This document shows positions 14,420 through 31,983 of a stretch of 64,000 bases of DNA, piece by piece (position 1 is the stretch's first letter; each line of letters starts with the position of its first letter). The notes below the pieces were generated by a model. The model saw only the letters and a list, made by a program, of their open reading frames with translations, had not been told where the DNA came from and did no database searches. Source of the stretch: Paramecium tetraurelia (lineage: Eukaryota); the NCBI GenBank assembly GCA_000165425.1, contig CT868671.1, positions 439,027 to 503,026 of the forward strand, written 5' to 3'. A program made the position numbers and the translations under genes.

Positions 14420-15214
14420 TTCAACAAAAGAATTAGTATTAATAAAAATTAATGAATATTCAAATTACTTCTGCCTCTACCACAAACATATTAAATATGG
14501 CTAAAAATACACTATATTTAGCAACTTTTCTTTAGATATTATTTATAGTCCTTCTTAATTTAGTATGATTTCGAAATCCTTTTCATAAGTAATACTTCCG
14601 AAATCAATGGTCGAGATGTATTTTAAGTAAGGCTTAATTTTTGTATGATCACTGTCTTATAGTTTCTATAATGTTCCATGGTCAACAAAAGAAGATAGAA
14701 CCTCCTTTGCTCAATCTTTGTTTTGCAATTTTCAAAGCTCTCTATCTGTCAGGCATAATCATGAAAGATGAGGAGAATATCACAGCCTCATATTATTCTT
14801 TTGTGTTTTGCAAATCATAAAAGTCTTATTCTCTTATTTCTACATTTTCATTCTACTTAAAAGTTTGCCTTACATATCTAGGATTTGGATACTTTATTTT
14901 ACCTCAATTAATTTGTATCTATATCTATCCCAACAGCAAAAATTCTTAAAGGAATCCTATTTATTATCTGTTTCATTGGGTGTCCTGTGCCTACTCCAAC
15001 ATCCAGGATGCGTATCACACTTGACATCTTTTTTCTCCAATCTATCACACATCATCACGTATGTCCATCTCGACGTTTATTTCTTAAAATACTTTGTATA
15101 GAATTTGCTGTATAACAAATTGTATATGTAAATAGGTAGGTAACTCAAAACGCTTATAAAAATCCAATAATCTTGTAAAAATATATTATCAGGTTGGCCA
15201 ATTCACATGGACAT
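14420..15214 (-). CDS. class I SAM-dependent methyltransferase
   Basis: Motif I ILDVGVGTG, GIDID, QDFY, YEAVIFSSSFMIMPD, RLSKGGSIFF; ends approximate. Confidence 0.75.
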
Positions 15215-15615
15215 TTAATTGTCAATTTATAACATCTATATAGTTATGAATGATACGACATTTATATGCCAATATGTAATAAAATTAAGATTAAATTTGT
15301 TATTTATTAGTTATGAATTATTAAATAATGAATTATGCTTAATTACATATTCATTAATTATTTTCCATTTACAATTCTGTAAAATAACTATATATTATTT
15401 ACAAGCCTTGTTATCCCAATTTTCTAAACGCAGATTTAAAATTTAATTTGATCTTCAATAATTTAAATATTTATAATTGACCCCCATTACAGTTTTTGAG
15501 AATAAAATATTTACTATCCGTGATTAATTTATAGACTGTTCTATAAATATAAAAAAGTTAAAACAATTTTATTCACATTATATCAAATATAATTAAATTT
15601 AAGTTTCATACTTGA

Positions 15616-17073
15616 ATGGGATCTGCAGTATGTAAGAAAGAAGAAATTGAAATAAAGAATCTTTATTAGCTTTATCATAGAGTGAGTAAATAAAATCTAT
15701 CTGATCAAATATCTAGTGAATTGCACTCCATACGGACAAGACTGATTAAAGATAAAATTCCTAAAGAATACTAATTACTTTATAATATCCTCCTTAATAA
15801 TATTTAGGAAGAATCAATACTAGAAACTCAAAGACACAAATTCCAATAAGAACAATAATTAAATTGTTCTAAAATTCGGAATGATTGCCAATTATATAAA
15901 TCACAGTCACTTTTTTTTAGAAGTTTCAGATTTTACAATTTTGAAGAGCTTAGAAATTATATTGTTAAGGATGAATACAAAAATAACACTTTTATATTTG
16001 AGATTCTTAACCTATTTAACACAACTGATATTTATTGCTAAAAGGTTAAGTTATTTCTTTCAAGAATCAATGCAAAATATTATATGCTCTTTTATTCTCT
16101 TCTCTGGAAACAATACAAACAAAATATCAATGTTCTGAGCTCTATTTTTCCTTTTGAATTTATGAATGATGGTCAATATCAAAAAATTCCATTTGATTTC
16201 TCTTTTTAATAATTCATGTATAAAATATGGGGAAACAATATTTAACCTAGATTGAATAAGCATTAAATCTAGGATCTATTACATAATAAAAAAAATAAAG
16301 AATTAATTCAATATTTTAAAGATTTTATTGAGATATCAACTAACGAATATCAATTAACTTATTTAGGAAATGTAGGACTTACTTATTCAAATGGGTTTCA
16401 AGATTTCTTAAACTAACTATTAGAATTGTTAAATGAAGAATTTGATAGATCATTTAATAACAAAGTTGAAGCAATACTTAAGTATGTAAAGGAAAATAGA
16501 TTCTTAAATCAACTAGTAAATGAATAAATACTCATTTATTATATTTATCCATCGGTTTTTAAATATATTGAATTTTAATTGTCTCTGATTTTAAAAGAAT
16601 AATTCAAGGTCACGAAGAAATATTTAAAAGAGTAAATTATTTAAGATAAGGTTTCAAGCAACACTCTCTCAAAATTACTTTTGGAAGAAAATGACGAAAA
16701 TTAAACCAAAATTTCAAATACACTATCTTCTCAATGTAAAACTAATTACACATCTTCTTTGAAAGCGGATTATTTATCTGTTTAAAATTAAGATGAAACT
16801 ACATTCTTTAATTTTGAGAAGAATATATGGGACAATTTCGCTGATGTACAACGATCTAGCTGTTTAAATATGATTGAGTTAAGTAACAAAGTGGATGAAG
16901 CAAAGTTAATTATAGAGAATAGATCCAATAAAATATTTAGGATATTCAATCTAGAAAATCCCAAACAATAAGAGTTTGCTATTTAATACATCAACATCAT
17001 GTTTAATTACACTCATATTAATAATAAAGAGGAGATATCGGAATTATTACTTTAACTTAGTTTGTTTTATTGA
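15616..17073 (+). CDS. hypothetical protein with N-terminal acylation motif
   Basis: MGSAVCKKEE start, long ciliate-code ORF ending in TGA at 17071-17073. Confidence 0.55.
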
Positions 17074-17104
17074 TTTGATTATAATTTTTATTCTATTTAC
17101 TTTA

Positions 17105-17949
17105 TCAATTTAATGATTTATTTCTTTATACATCCATCTTTAAAATTGCACAATAATAACTGATTATTAATAGCTTAAAGTAGTCCTATTCAATGTTTTA
17201 TTGGTTAACTTAAGGAAATGAAATTATCACTTCATTTATCTTTAGTAAAGCCAGAGGATTATTTATGATTTATGGATTATCTAAGGATTCCAGTAATTTT
17301 TATAACATTTTCTAAAAGGATTATACAATATTCTAATACTTCTAAGAATGAAATCATTTAAAGTTATGAATTAACTCTTAAGTCATACTTTTTATTTGAT
17401 TTTTATTATGAAAACAATGATGTGATGCCAATCATTTCTTCTGATTGCGGCTCAATCTTACTTTAGGATACTTGCATTTTATTATCCTCAAGTTCAAATA
17501 AAGTCGTTTAAGTACTAAGTGGATCGAAGCACAATAGATATTTAAAGAAAGAAGTTTGATTTTCTGAAATTTCTGCTTCAGACGATGTTTAAATCTACGT
17601 ATGTAATTTTAAATAATTATGTGGATTACTATCTGTGATATACCATCCTATAATAGCAATTGTTAATTAAACCTACTATATCCAAATTTTTAAACAGGTT
17701 CCACTTATCTCCTTTTAAACGCAGTTATTATCTTTCCTTCAAAAATTCAACCTCATTTTGAGTCAATTCTTCCTTACCTGAATAACTTATCTCAAATGAA
17801 TCCAAGATATCAGTCTTATTAATCTTGGCATTGTAGAAACCCAACAATATCCCTGCATGAAGAGTTTTGCCAGGGAAATTGACTTTGTTGGCCAAAATTT
17901 ATGAAGAGATGCTTAATAGCACTTGTGGATGTACATTAGTTTATTACAT
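17105..17949 (-). CDS. MPN (JAB1/Mov34, MPN-minus) protein, CSN6/eIF3f-like
   Basis: VHPQVLLSIS..GILLG..DILDSFEI..EFLKERQQL..GWY; no JAMM metal motif seen. Confidence 0.7.
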
Positions 17950-17970
17950 TAAATTTTATATATTTTAATA

Positions 17971-18890
17971 ATGTTTCTTGATTAAATCAGTCTATTTAAA
18001 AGAAACTCTAAATTTTAACCTCAATTAGCTTCTATTGATATTACTAAGCCGCTTATTGATACAACCAAATTGATTAATTACTCTGATCCTGTTCATATCT
18101 TATTTGCATCATAAAAACATTACTCATAGAGATCTCAACCCAAGAAATATATTAATTGATGTTGAACACTAAGTGTCTAACTCTGTGATTTTAACAGTGC
18201 CAAACAATTGTTCACTTCCATTCCTTCTCTAATTTATGTTGGTGAACACAATTACCGAGCTCCTGAATTATTATTAGGATCTAAATTATATAGTTAATAA
18301 GTTGATATTGGAGTTTGGGGTGTATCATAGCAGAATACTTTTAGGCAAATAACTGTTCAATGAATCTAATACTGTTGAAACCATGGCAGATATTATAAGA
18401 TTACTTGGAACACCTACTCTTGAAGAGATAAAAAATCTAAAGTCTTAAATATTAAATCTAAAAATGCCTGAAACTCCTAAGTTTTCAATGTCTAAACGGT
18501 TTTAAGAAATTTAAAATGATTAATTGGTAGATTTATTAGAAAAAATCTTTGTTTATGATCCTAATTAAAGTATATCTGCATTTGAAATTCTACTGCATCC
18601 TTTCTTTCAAGAAATAAAATAACCAAACATCAAAATTAATTCAAAGTCTTTACCGAATTTATTTAATTTTACAAAAGGTATTGTTTCTATTTAAAGCCTA
18701 TTTGGTAAATAATATAAAACTATTATTATTATTATTATCAATCTGTCTTTAAATTATAGAGGAGCTATCATCGAATGAATATGCGGTGAACAAAAATAGA
18801 TTAATTCCAATATAGTTTACAGAGAAATAAAAAAGATTTGAATATCTGACAACAAGTAAGGATGATGCTAAATTGCTATTAAATAAATGA
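17971..18890 (+). pseudogene. GSK3/shaggy-like (CMGC) kinase pseudogene
   Basis: HRDLNPRNILI, LCDFNSAKQL, YRAPELLLG, IIRLLGTPT, HPFFQEI..LPNLFNF; three single-base frameshifts (~18178, ~18309, ~18343); N-lobe absent. Confidence 0.85.
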
Positions 18891-18999
18891 TGATATTGCT
18901 ATTATTCTATATTATATTATAAATCTCATTTAAACACAAAAATATTCGATCAAACAAACTTATCTTTATCATCATTAAATGTGAATTGTTTAGCAAAAT

Positions 19000-19856
19000 G
19001 CTTTATTACTATGAACATTATCAAGCAAATAGATATTATTGTATATTAGTAATTATCAAAATTCAATTAAAATATTTAATCGCTCTATTAACAAGATGTC
19101 TAAAATTGATTCAATAATTCTTCAATTGCTGTAATATGTTAATCAAACAACAATTAAGCAAACTCTGTGTTATTGCTAATAATCCAACCATCAATCCAAG
19201 ATTAAATTTGATTAATTTATTGAAATTTGCCCTTGATTTCTTTAAACTAATTATAATCTTTAATTGAAGACATATATGATTGTAAATCCTAACACTAGCT
19301 TTTGTTGTTAACTAGTTTAATTACTTCATTTGTGAAATTATACTATTATTGAAATTCAATGAAATCCAAGTTTTAAGAAAATTCTTTAATATACTTAACT
19401 GGGTTTGTTGAGAACAAAATGTTTTCTGTTAAGTGTTTATCAACCTTATGATGTATGATAATATAAAATTCGTCAGTAAAATAATACTTTTTCAATTCAT
19501 TATACTATTCCTTTAATTCACTATTAGACAATAAGTTCTAATATTGATAATAAACAACAATAGCTTAATTTTTAACATATGTTATTTCTGGGTTTAATTT
19601 TGTTTTTCCATATGAAAATCTTGTGTTATTGAAATAATTAGAAAAATTAGAATTCAAAATATTCTTCTTAATCTCTTAATCTTGTAAATTTGGGATATAA
19701 TTGTGACTTGTACTTATCAATTATCTATTCAAATAATTTGGTAATCCTATCTGTAAATGATAAAATAATTCTTACACTATTTTATTAATCTAATATTAAA
19801 AATGTGTGGGTATATATTTATGCTTTGATTAATGCAAAATACAATATTAATAACAT
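19000..19856 (-). CDS. hypothetical protein with signal-peptide-like N-terminus
   Basis: MLLILYFALIKAQ start and a long ciliate-code frame; end uncertain. Confidence 0.35.
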
Positions 19857-19900
19857 ATTTATTAAAATGTGATTAATAAATAAATACATTTTAAATAGTA

Positions 19901-21918
19901 TCATTAAAGATTAACAAATCTGAATTTCTTATTCTTTATTTTTAAAATGAAAGTTTGATCATCTTTGCAAACAAAATAGATTAATTAAGAATTCTACTTC
20001 CCTTAAATAGTGACTTCTTATTTATTCATAATAATGTCACACTTTGAACTAGACAGAATTTTCATCTTTCCATCAGCAATCAAGATGCAAACATCGCTAA
20101 TGATATATAATTTCCATTTCTCAGATCGGATCTATAATATAATTATAAAATACTTCTTTTTATTCTTTCAATAGCATAGGAGTACAATAATGATTGAAAA
20201 CATGATACAATGAATTATCAATTTGCTATTCACATAATTTTACAATCTATTAAGATTACAATTACTCAATGATTGATTAAATAAATTTTGAACTCAAGTT
20301 ATCTCCATTGTTAATAGTTTAGATGTTTTAGAAAAAACATTTGAAAGCATTTTCTTTATCATATTTATCACTTTGAACGTCCAAAATAACAAGGGCAAAT
20401 GTAAACATATGTAATGATTCTTCCGATTTGAATGGAAAAGTCTGAGCTTTTGAATTGTGAAAATTAAATTCATAAAACCGCCGACTAAATTCTTTAACCA
20501 GAATGTCTAATATAAATGGATCATTCTGAACTAGCAATTTATTGAATAATCCTTATAAAGAATCAATTAGATTGTCAGTCATTACTATTTTATCAACAAA
20601 TAATTTTAGAATTAGTTATTATTCTTGCAAATTGATGTTGCATAATAATCTATATAAATATAATTCTATAGTACTTTGATATTTGCACTTTGTTTTTTAA
20701 TTCAATATCTTAGAATAGCCAGTTAATGATGGATTAGGGAGTAGGTTTGATCATTTAAGTAGCAATCATAAATGATATACCAATAATGGAAGAGTGGTTG
20801 AATAAATCTAGTGATAAATTTTCAGAATTGTAATCATGCTTAATTAGTTTAACTTAATCGAGAAAGGCGACAAGTTCTCTGGATGAATTTTACAAAAGCA
20901 CTAACTGGTTTAAAGAATACTAAAATTATACAATTGATTTTATACCATTTCATCAAAAGATCTAGGGATTGAATTTTAGTGAGAGATTATATTACGATTA
21001 ATTTTAGAAGACAGATCCTTATAACAATCCTAAATGTCTTTGTGTTCATTCTCAGAAATTATGGATCTACTTATTGAATCTTAAAATCCTTAATTCTCTT
21101 TTTCTTTTGAAATCAATTTAGTCGGAGATAAATTTGGACTTATGAGTTTTCCTTATGACACTTTCTCACATAGACTGTTACATTCCTAACTTTTTCTAAT
21201 ATCAGAAATTCAGTTTACAGTCTTTATTGTTTGAGAAACTAAAAATATTCCTCATGTTATCTTTATGCAGGATCAATTCTCTTAACTTGTCTCTCGACAA
21301 ATGAATTCTATATCTCTATAGATGATTTAAATATTTCTGAGGTCATTTTGTCCCTTACTAAATCTTATGCCAGATTGCCTTCTCGATTTCTTATTTTTGG
21401 ATCTGCACCTGCTTTTAGTAAGACTGAACAAACCTAAGCTCTTTAGTAAAAAGCTGCTACATGTAATGCTTAAATTTAGACAATAATCTATACGAGTCCA
21501 TCCTGCCATATCTGTGATATCTATATTAGCATTATTATTAATAAGTTCTTAGACTACTTGAATTGATCCATATCTGGATGCTATATGTCTAAGTAAATAC
21601 TTATAAACTCAATTTTTACAAGGGAGATGTTCTATCTTCATCCAAAATGTTGATGTTAATCCCATTATTTAAGTAGAATCGAATTAACCCTAAATTACGT
21701 CCTGATGCTGCCTTGAAAAAGTTCTTCTCATTTTCTGTTAGATAAGCAGTTGACTGTTATGTGATTCGACCTTTAAAAATATTCAATTACTAACCTCTAG
21801 CTTTGTCTACTTCAAGTCCAATTTGCAATTCGTTCGGATCAAACGTCTCGTGATCCTAAGCCATGCATCCCAGACAATTAGCTGGATTTCTCCTTTTATG
21901 TTAAATTGTATTTCCCAT
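19901..21918 (-). CDS. ankyrin repeat + Sec7-like domain protein (putative Arf GEF)
   Basis: MGN start; ankyrin repeats DEDRTSPLHIAS..DMAGWT.LHVAA..LLKAGAD; Sec7-like ILDILVKEFSRRF..FKSEESLHMFTFALVILD..INNGDNL. Confidence 0.7.
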
Positions 21919-21958
21919 TAGAGTAATTTATTAATTTATATAGCTATATTTATAAAAA

Positions 21959-22524
21959 TCATTTAGGAAGTAAAAGGAAAAAATCCTGCTCAGACTAACA
22001 TTTCAATATTAGATACTATGTTTTTTGAGTTATTTTTATTAATTTTCTATTATCTTTTTAAGTTAAACAATTTCTTGCTTTAATTATGATTCTGTTATTT
22101 ATTACTTTTTTTAAGTGATTTCATATGAATTGATGATATCTTTAGTTTTGATTAATAATTTCTTTAACTAAGATTATAATTTTTGATTAACTGTGCCTTC
22201 ATCTTCTTAAAATGGATTGACAGATTTCGGTAATATTTTTTCTATTATTTTATGACTACTGTTAGATTTTTAATTTTGTTTAGATAATCTCTAATTATAA
22301 CTAGTGCTGTTTGTTAAACTGATTGTTGTTGATTAACTTGATATTTTATGTGCATGATTAGCTTTTAATTCAATTTATGTTGATTCAGTTTTGCATCTAC
22401 TATCCTTTGTACCTTCGCCTTTTTGTAAGCTTCTTGATTAATTTTGAAAAAATTCATGGAAACTATTTAGATTACCATAATTAAGCATTGATGGTTAACT
22501 ATTTTATGCTCGATGTGTTGCCAT
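21959..22524 (-). CDS. hypothetical low-complexity protein
   Basis: ATG at 22524 (MATHRAQNSQ) to TGA at 21959-21961. Confidence 0.45.
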
Positions 22525-22758
22525 TTTTATTTTCGGTGTTCTAACCTGTACTATCAACATTAATAAATATATAGAAATTAAAATATTTATCACTTAACTA
22601 ATAAATACTTTATTAAGTGTTTAAGGATTATCATAATGTATGTATTCAAAGTCAATAGCAAAAAAGAATTAAGAATTTATGTATTAAATGCATTTTTAAT
22701 GTTTTGCTGTGATTTATTTTTCATAAATTAAAGATATAAATTTTTTTCAAATTCATTC

Positions 22759-23201
22759 ATGGGAAGAGTTAGAAATAAGACAGTAAAGAAAGGCAGCTAA
22801 AGTCCTCATTGAAAAATACTACATGAAACTCACTTCCGATTTTCATTTCAATAAAAAGATTCTCTCAGAAGTTGGATAAGTACCATCAAAAAAATTGAGA
22901 AATAAAATTGCTGGATTCGCAACACATCTTTTGAAGAGAATCTAAACTGGATCAGTAAAGGGCATCTCACTCAAAGTAATGTTCACATTTCAAACTATAG
23001 ATTTAAGAAGAAGAAAGAGAGAGAAGATTGGACTACGTCCCTGAAAAATCATCTGTTGATATTGACAATCTTAGAGGAGATCAAGATGTTAAAAGAATGC
23101 TTGAAAAAGCTGGTTTGGAAATTGACATTCCCATTGATGAGCCTGTTGTCGAAGAAAAATAATAAAAATAACCAAGAAGAGGATAAAGAAGATAATAATG
23201 A
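22759..23201 (+). CDS. RPS17: 40S ribosomal protein S17 (eS17), with an apparent +1 frameshift
   Basis: MGRVRNKTVKK/AAKVLIEKYY..DFHFNKK..PSKKLRNKIAGFATHL..GISLK(intron)IQEEERERRLDYVPEKS. Confidence 0.95.
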
Positions 23202-23260
23202 TTCTGAAAGTACATTTATTAAAGTAAAAAGCATAAAAAAATACATCTAATATTTAATAT

Positions 23261-24777
<1,517 letters not shown>

Positions 24778-24809
24778 TAAATCTTATTGACATTTTCTAA
24801 GTTAATTAA

Positions 24810-25700
24810 TTTATTACCTAGTAGTCGTTGGCTTTTTTTTATCTGGAGTGAATTCAATCAGAGGTTAAGAACTAGCATGGGTTTAAAATTTTTATGTTTC
24901 AATAAATTAGGCACTGTTAGATTTCTAATGAACTTTTAACTGGGCTTCTAATTGCCCTAAGGTTGGTATTTATTAAGATTAATTTTTGGCACTTTAGATT
25001 GCTAAAGTCTTTTAAATGTTCAATCTCGATAATAAATCCAATGATTATTTCTATTTGATTTCCTGGATTGCTTATTACGCTTTTTATTTCAAATTTTGAT
25101 CTGCCTTGGTGGATGCAGAAAAAGGTAAAGTTTTTAAAATGTCTTATTATAATAGCTGCTTAGGGGCTTTGAGTAATGATAATATATCTAAGTACATGTG
25201 ATTGTAAATTCATCCAATACATTTTCTATTGATTTGATTTTTGATTATGAATTTTGATGAGAATGTGGTTGTGTTTTCATGTGATTTCCATTGCTTTTCA
25301 CCTATATTTTCTAATCATTCCTTTCTTAACTAATAATTTTAGGTGACATGAACCCTCTCGATTTAAGCACATTTTATTGTTATATTTTTCTTGAGTTTTG
25401 CCTATATTATATATTTCGTTACTACTATTATGATATTTTTAAGTTTGGTTAAGAATTATTTGATTTCAGCAAAGGACTTTGTTGTGGGCCAATTGATTTC
25501 TTCATTGTGTACACAAATTTATACTTTTTACTCCAATTAAAATAAGGAGAATTAGACTTTCGAGCATTTAGAGCTTCTCTAGNNNNNNNNNNNNNNNNNN
25601 NNNNNNTATGTTTTTTAGTGTTGCTTCTTTTGGAGCATTACTTTTTAGTTAGTATTATGAGAATATAAATAAATGGTAAATATATGCAAAATCATTCATT
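24810..25700 (-). CDS. hypothetical low-complexity protein spanning an assembly gap
   Basis: Q/S/K-rich ciliate-code frame on both sides of the N run; boundaries approximate. Confidence 0.35.
25583..25606. other. assembly gap (24 N)
   Basis: Run of n characters. Confidence 1.
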
Positions 25701-26194
25701 AGTAAATAATAAAATTATTTTTGTAATTGCAATCAAATACAAGTTATATCGATAATTAATTCGACTGCAATTTAAATTTCAATTATTAGTGGTATTTTAT
25801 TTTTGAAAATGCATTCAAGGAATTATTATTATTAAATGAATATTAGTTTATAGGAAATAATTGTTGAATTAATATTAAATATTCATATTTATTGTAACTC
25901 TTTAATTTTAATTCTTTATCTATAAACTCTTATTTGCTTAAGTTTATAATGAAATAATTATTAGAGTATAATAATACTTAAGAATAGAATGATTTTTTTT
26001 ATTAATACTAATTTTTAAATAAAGGCTAATCTCTTAATATTTTGAAATTTTAAAAGAGTATTTCAGAGTTTATTCGAGATAATTATGGTTTAACAATATA
26101 ATAATATGATAATATATTAATTGTTATATGATGACTTAAATATTTGATAATGAAAAAAATTAATAATTAAATTTTTAACAGAAACATCTAAAAA

Positions 26195-26452
26195 ATGTCG
26201 ATTTAGATAGCTAATTTACCAGAGTTTAGTTATAAATCAATTCCAAAGAGATCATTAGATCTTGAGAACTTCTTTAAGGAATTCGAAATGAAGTAATTCT
26301 TAGAAGAATGCGATTACTCACAATAAGAATTGTATGTTGAATGTCGAAAAATGAGAGAATTTCAATAAAAAAGAAAATTGAAACTAAACAAATACATAAA
26401 TAGCTATCTAGAAGCACCTTCAATAATTAGTCCCGTATAATTATTACTTTGA
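26195..26452 (+). CDS. small hypothetical protein (85 aa)
   Basis: MSIQIANLPEFSYK..SPVQLLL-TGA, uninterrupted in the ciliate code. Confidence 0.4.
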
Positions 26453-27241
26453 ATTCACAATTTATATGTTTCAATCAAATTCATAAACAGTTAAGCATAA
26501 ATTTATTATTATCATAAAATTTTTATTAGAATCATTCTACACAGATTTATATTTTCCATAATGAATCCAAGGTAATTCCTTAATTATCTCATAGGATCTC
26601 TTAGCATTCTCTGCTAATTAGAAATTTGAATGTACTCAAATTTTTCTAAAATTACTCTAAGAGACATATTATTATTTAATCCTGTATTTATAATGATAGT
26701 TTAATTTGATTCAGTTTTATTCTAAGAAGTAAATCTAATTTTTCCCCTAATTAATTTATCTATTTAATTGTATTTTTTGCATAAAATATTCTTTGATTAT
26801 ATATTTGCTTGATTTTATGTGAATTAATATATAAAAGCCAAATATTTATATTCTAGCGAAGTTTAACGAATTAAATGCAATTTCTCAAGCATAAATTCAT
26901 TAACATACATATGAAATTTAAGTCTTGAAACCATAATCAGTTGAGCTGCAAGATCATTAGGAAAAACAATCAATTATATATATTAATAAAGGATCATCTC
27001 TTTCACAGAAGAAATTAAAAATTTTGAATTATTAAAATGTTTAAAAAGAGATTAACTATTTAAATTTAAATGTATTCATTTTATTATATTATAGACTAGA
27101 ACTCAACAGCGTCATTTAATAATTGCAAGAAAGGATCTAAAGTCAAAAATCAAAACTCAACTATGAACTTAAAATTCTCAAAAATGAAAATGATAAATAT
27201 ATTGTACTATATAAATATTATTTAATTTAAAAAGATATTCA

Positions 27242-28119
27242 ATGGTATTTAATCTATAGTAATCTCTAGCCAAAAGCCCCCAAAACCAGCAAAGCTAAGA
27301 AATTATAAAAGAAAGTAGCTGATAGAAAAAAGAATCCACTTTTTGTAAAGGATGCTAAAAACTTTAGAATCGGAAATGATGTTTAGCCAAAGAGAGATTT
27401 ATCAAGATATGTCAGATGGCCTAGATATATCTTACTTCATAGATAAAAAAAGATCTTATTACAAAGAATCAAAGTACCAGCTGCTATTCATTAATTCAGC
27501 AAAACACTTGATAAAAATCAATGTAAATATTATTTCTAGATTAAAGCATCTAAAGTATTGGGTCTATTGAAGAAATATTCACCAGAAACCAAAACTGAAA
27601 AAAAATAAAGATTAACTAAGTTAGCTGAATAAAAGGCATAAGCTTAAAAGTCCGAATCAAAAAAAGTATAAGTACTTAAATTTGGATTAAACCATGTGAC
27701 GACATTGGTTGAGACTAAGAAGGCTAAGCTTGTTGTAATTGCTTATGATGTTGACCCTATTGAACTTGTTGTCTGGTTACCACAATTATGCAGAAGATAA
27801 GAAGTTCCATTCTGCTTCGTCAAAAGTTATATTCATTAATATATTTTTAGATAAAGCAAGATTAGGATCTTTGGTTCATTAAAAAACAGCCACTTGTGTT
27901 GCCTTGACTGAAGTTAGAAAGGAAGATTAAGCTGAATTCGATAATTTAGTATTATATTTTTTGTAATCTAAGGCAAGAGATTTAAGATAACATTATAATG
28001 AAAACCATGAGTTATTGAGAACCATCGGAGGAGGATAAGTCGGAATTAAATCAAGACATTAATAAGAAGCAATAAAGAAGGCATTTGAATTGGAAGAATT
28101 AAAGAAGACATCTTAATGA
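27242..28119 (+). CDS. RPL7A: 60S ribosomal protein L7a (eL8)
   Basis: [70 protein letters not shown]; four tiny introns. Confidence 0.97.
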
Positions 28120-28446
28120 AAAATGTTACATTAATAAAATAGTATATTAACAAATTTATTATTTAATTATAAGATTCTATTTGAATTGGTGTTATTAAAT
28201 CTGTCTATCTTTTTATAATATTTTTTTATAATTGGAATCTTGTTTTATTAACAATCACCAAACATAGGTTACTATTATCCCATTAATCTAATAAATATTA
28301 ATAGAAATATTGTTTTTGAAAAATAAATTCCCATTAAATCGTCTATCCATTCTGATTTCAATAAAACTCAATTATTATCATGATTGTAATTTAATTATTA
28401 ATATAAGAATTAATATCAATTCAACTATCATAATAAATAAAAAGAA

Positions 28447-29320
28447 TGCTTTAAAAATAAAAAAGTATATCCACTACCTCTAAGATTGGGAAGAACAAAT
28501 AAATAAATCTTAAAGCCACAGAAAAAAAAAATTTTATTTATAAATCCAAATGGAGTGACGATTAGAAGTAAATTTGAATGAGAGAAACAATCAGAAATTT
28601 AAAGCAACATCCTAAAAGAGATATTAATTCAATATAAAATTATTGTGATAATTCAAATAAAGTGGATGTAGATAAATTAGTAGAAGAAACTAAAGAACCA
28701 ATAGTAATGAATGTTAACAAAAAACCCCAACAAACAATTATTCATAATAAATAGTTGTAAAGGGTAGTAGGAATGTAATTAATTAGCAATTGGTTTTAAA
28801 TAAAGAATAAGCGAAAGGACTGTTGAAATGGTAAGAGTTTTAGAAGGCAATTGATATGTATACAGAGTGAATTTGAGAATGAAATTAGAAATAGTCCTTA
28901 AATGAAGGAAGAATTAGAATAGCTACTAATAATTTATTCGAATCAAACTCAATCCAAAGTAAAATTAGTTGATTACAATCAGGCTTTATTTTAATATAAC
29001 ATTGAGTTTGAACAGTAATCATTAGAAATCCTTCCTTAGAAGATACATAGTCCTTTAGGAATTAGTCAAATTGAAAAGAAGTATCGATGGGCATTCAAAA
29101 ATTGGTTTTGTTCAAGATGCTAAAACAATAGTATCAAACCTACAGAAGAAAAATTTGATGAAAAAAGAAAATGTAAGAAACTAATTAAAATAAGTTAAAG
29201 TAATTCAAATTTTAGATTTAGCCTTTATGAATGAGTTGCTGGCCATATAAGTAATTGATTAGCAGAAGAAAACGTGAAGGCAGAGACCAAATCGAATGAA
29301 ATAGATGATTGATTGCTTTA
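28447..29320 (+). pseudogene. TPR co-chaperone (RPAP3/SPAG1-like) pseudogene
   Basis: YLQDWEEQI, KVDVDKL, TPR-like EFQKAIDMYTE and IYSNQTQSKVKLVDYNQAL broken by TGA codons and frameshifts. Confidence 0.5.
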
Positions 29321-29655
29321 TTAATAATATTCTAGGGTAATATTAAGTATATTTCTGATTCAAGTAATATTTATCTAGAATTATTAGAATTACATTAATA
29401 AAGCTCTCATTCAATAGAATCTATTAATTATAAATATAGAATATTAGTCATAAGCCATAATTGATAAATTTTTAATTTGAATTGTAATAAAATAGATAAT
29501 ATTAAATATTTAAACTTTGGTATATAGAATGAATATATCATATATGACTTTATTAAAGCACTATTATTAATGATAATAGGTATGAACAAATTTAATTGAA
29601 TTCGTTAAGAATGCTAATAAATTAGTATTATACATTAATTTTTATATATTTATTA

Positions 29656-31937
<2,282 letters not shown>

Positions 31938-31983
31938 AACAGTTAATAATAATTTTATTGTTTATTATTAATATTATAAGCAT

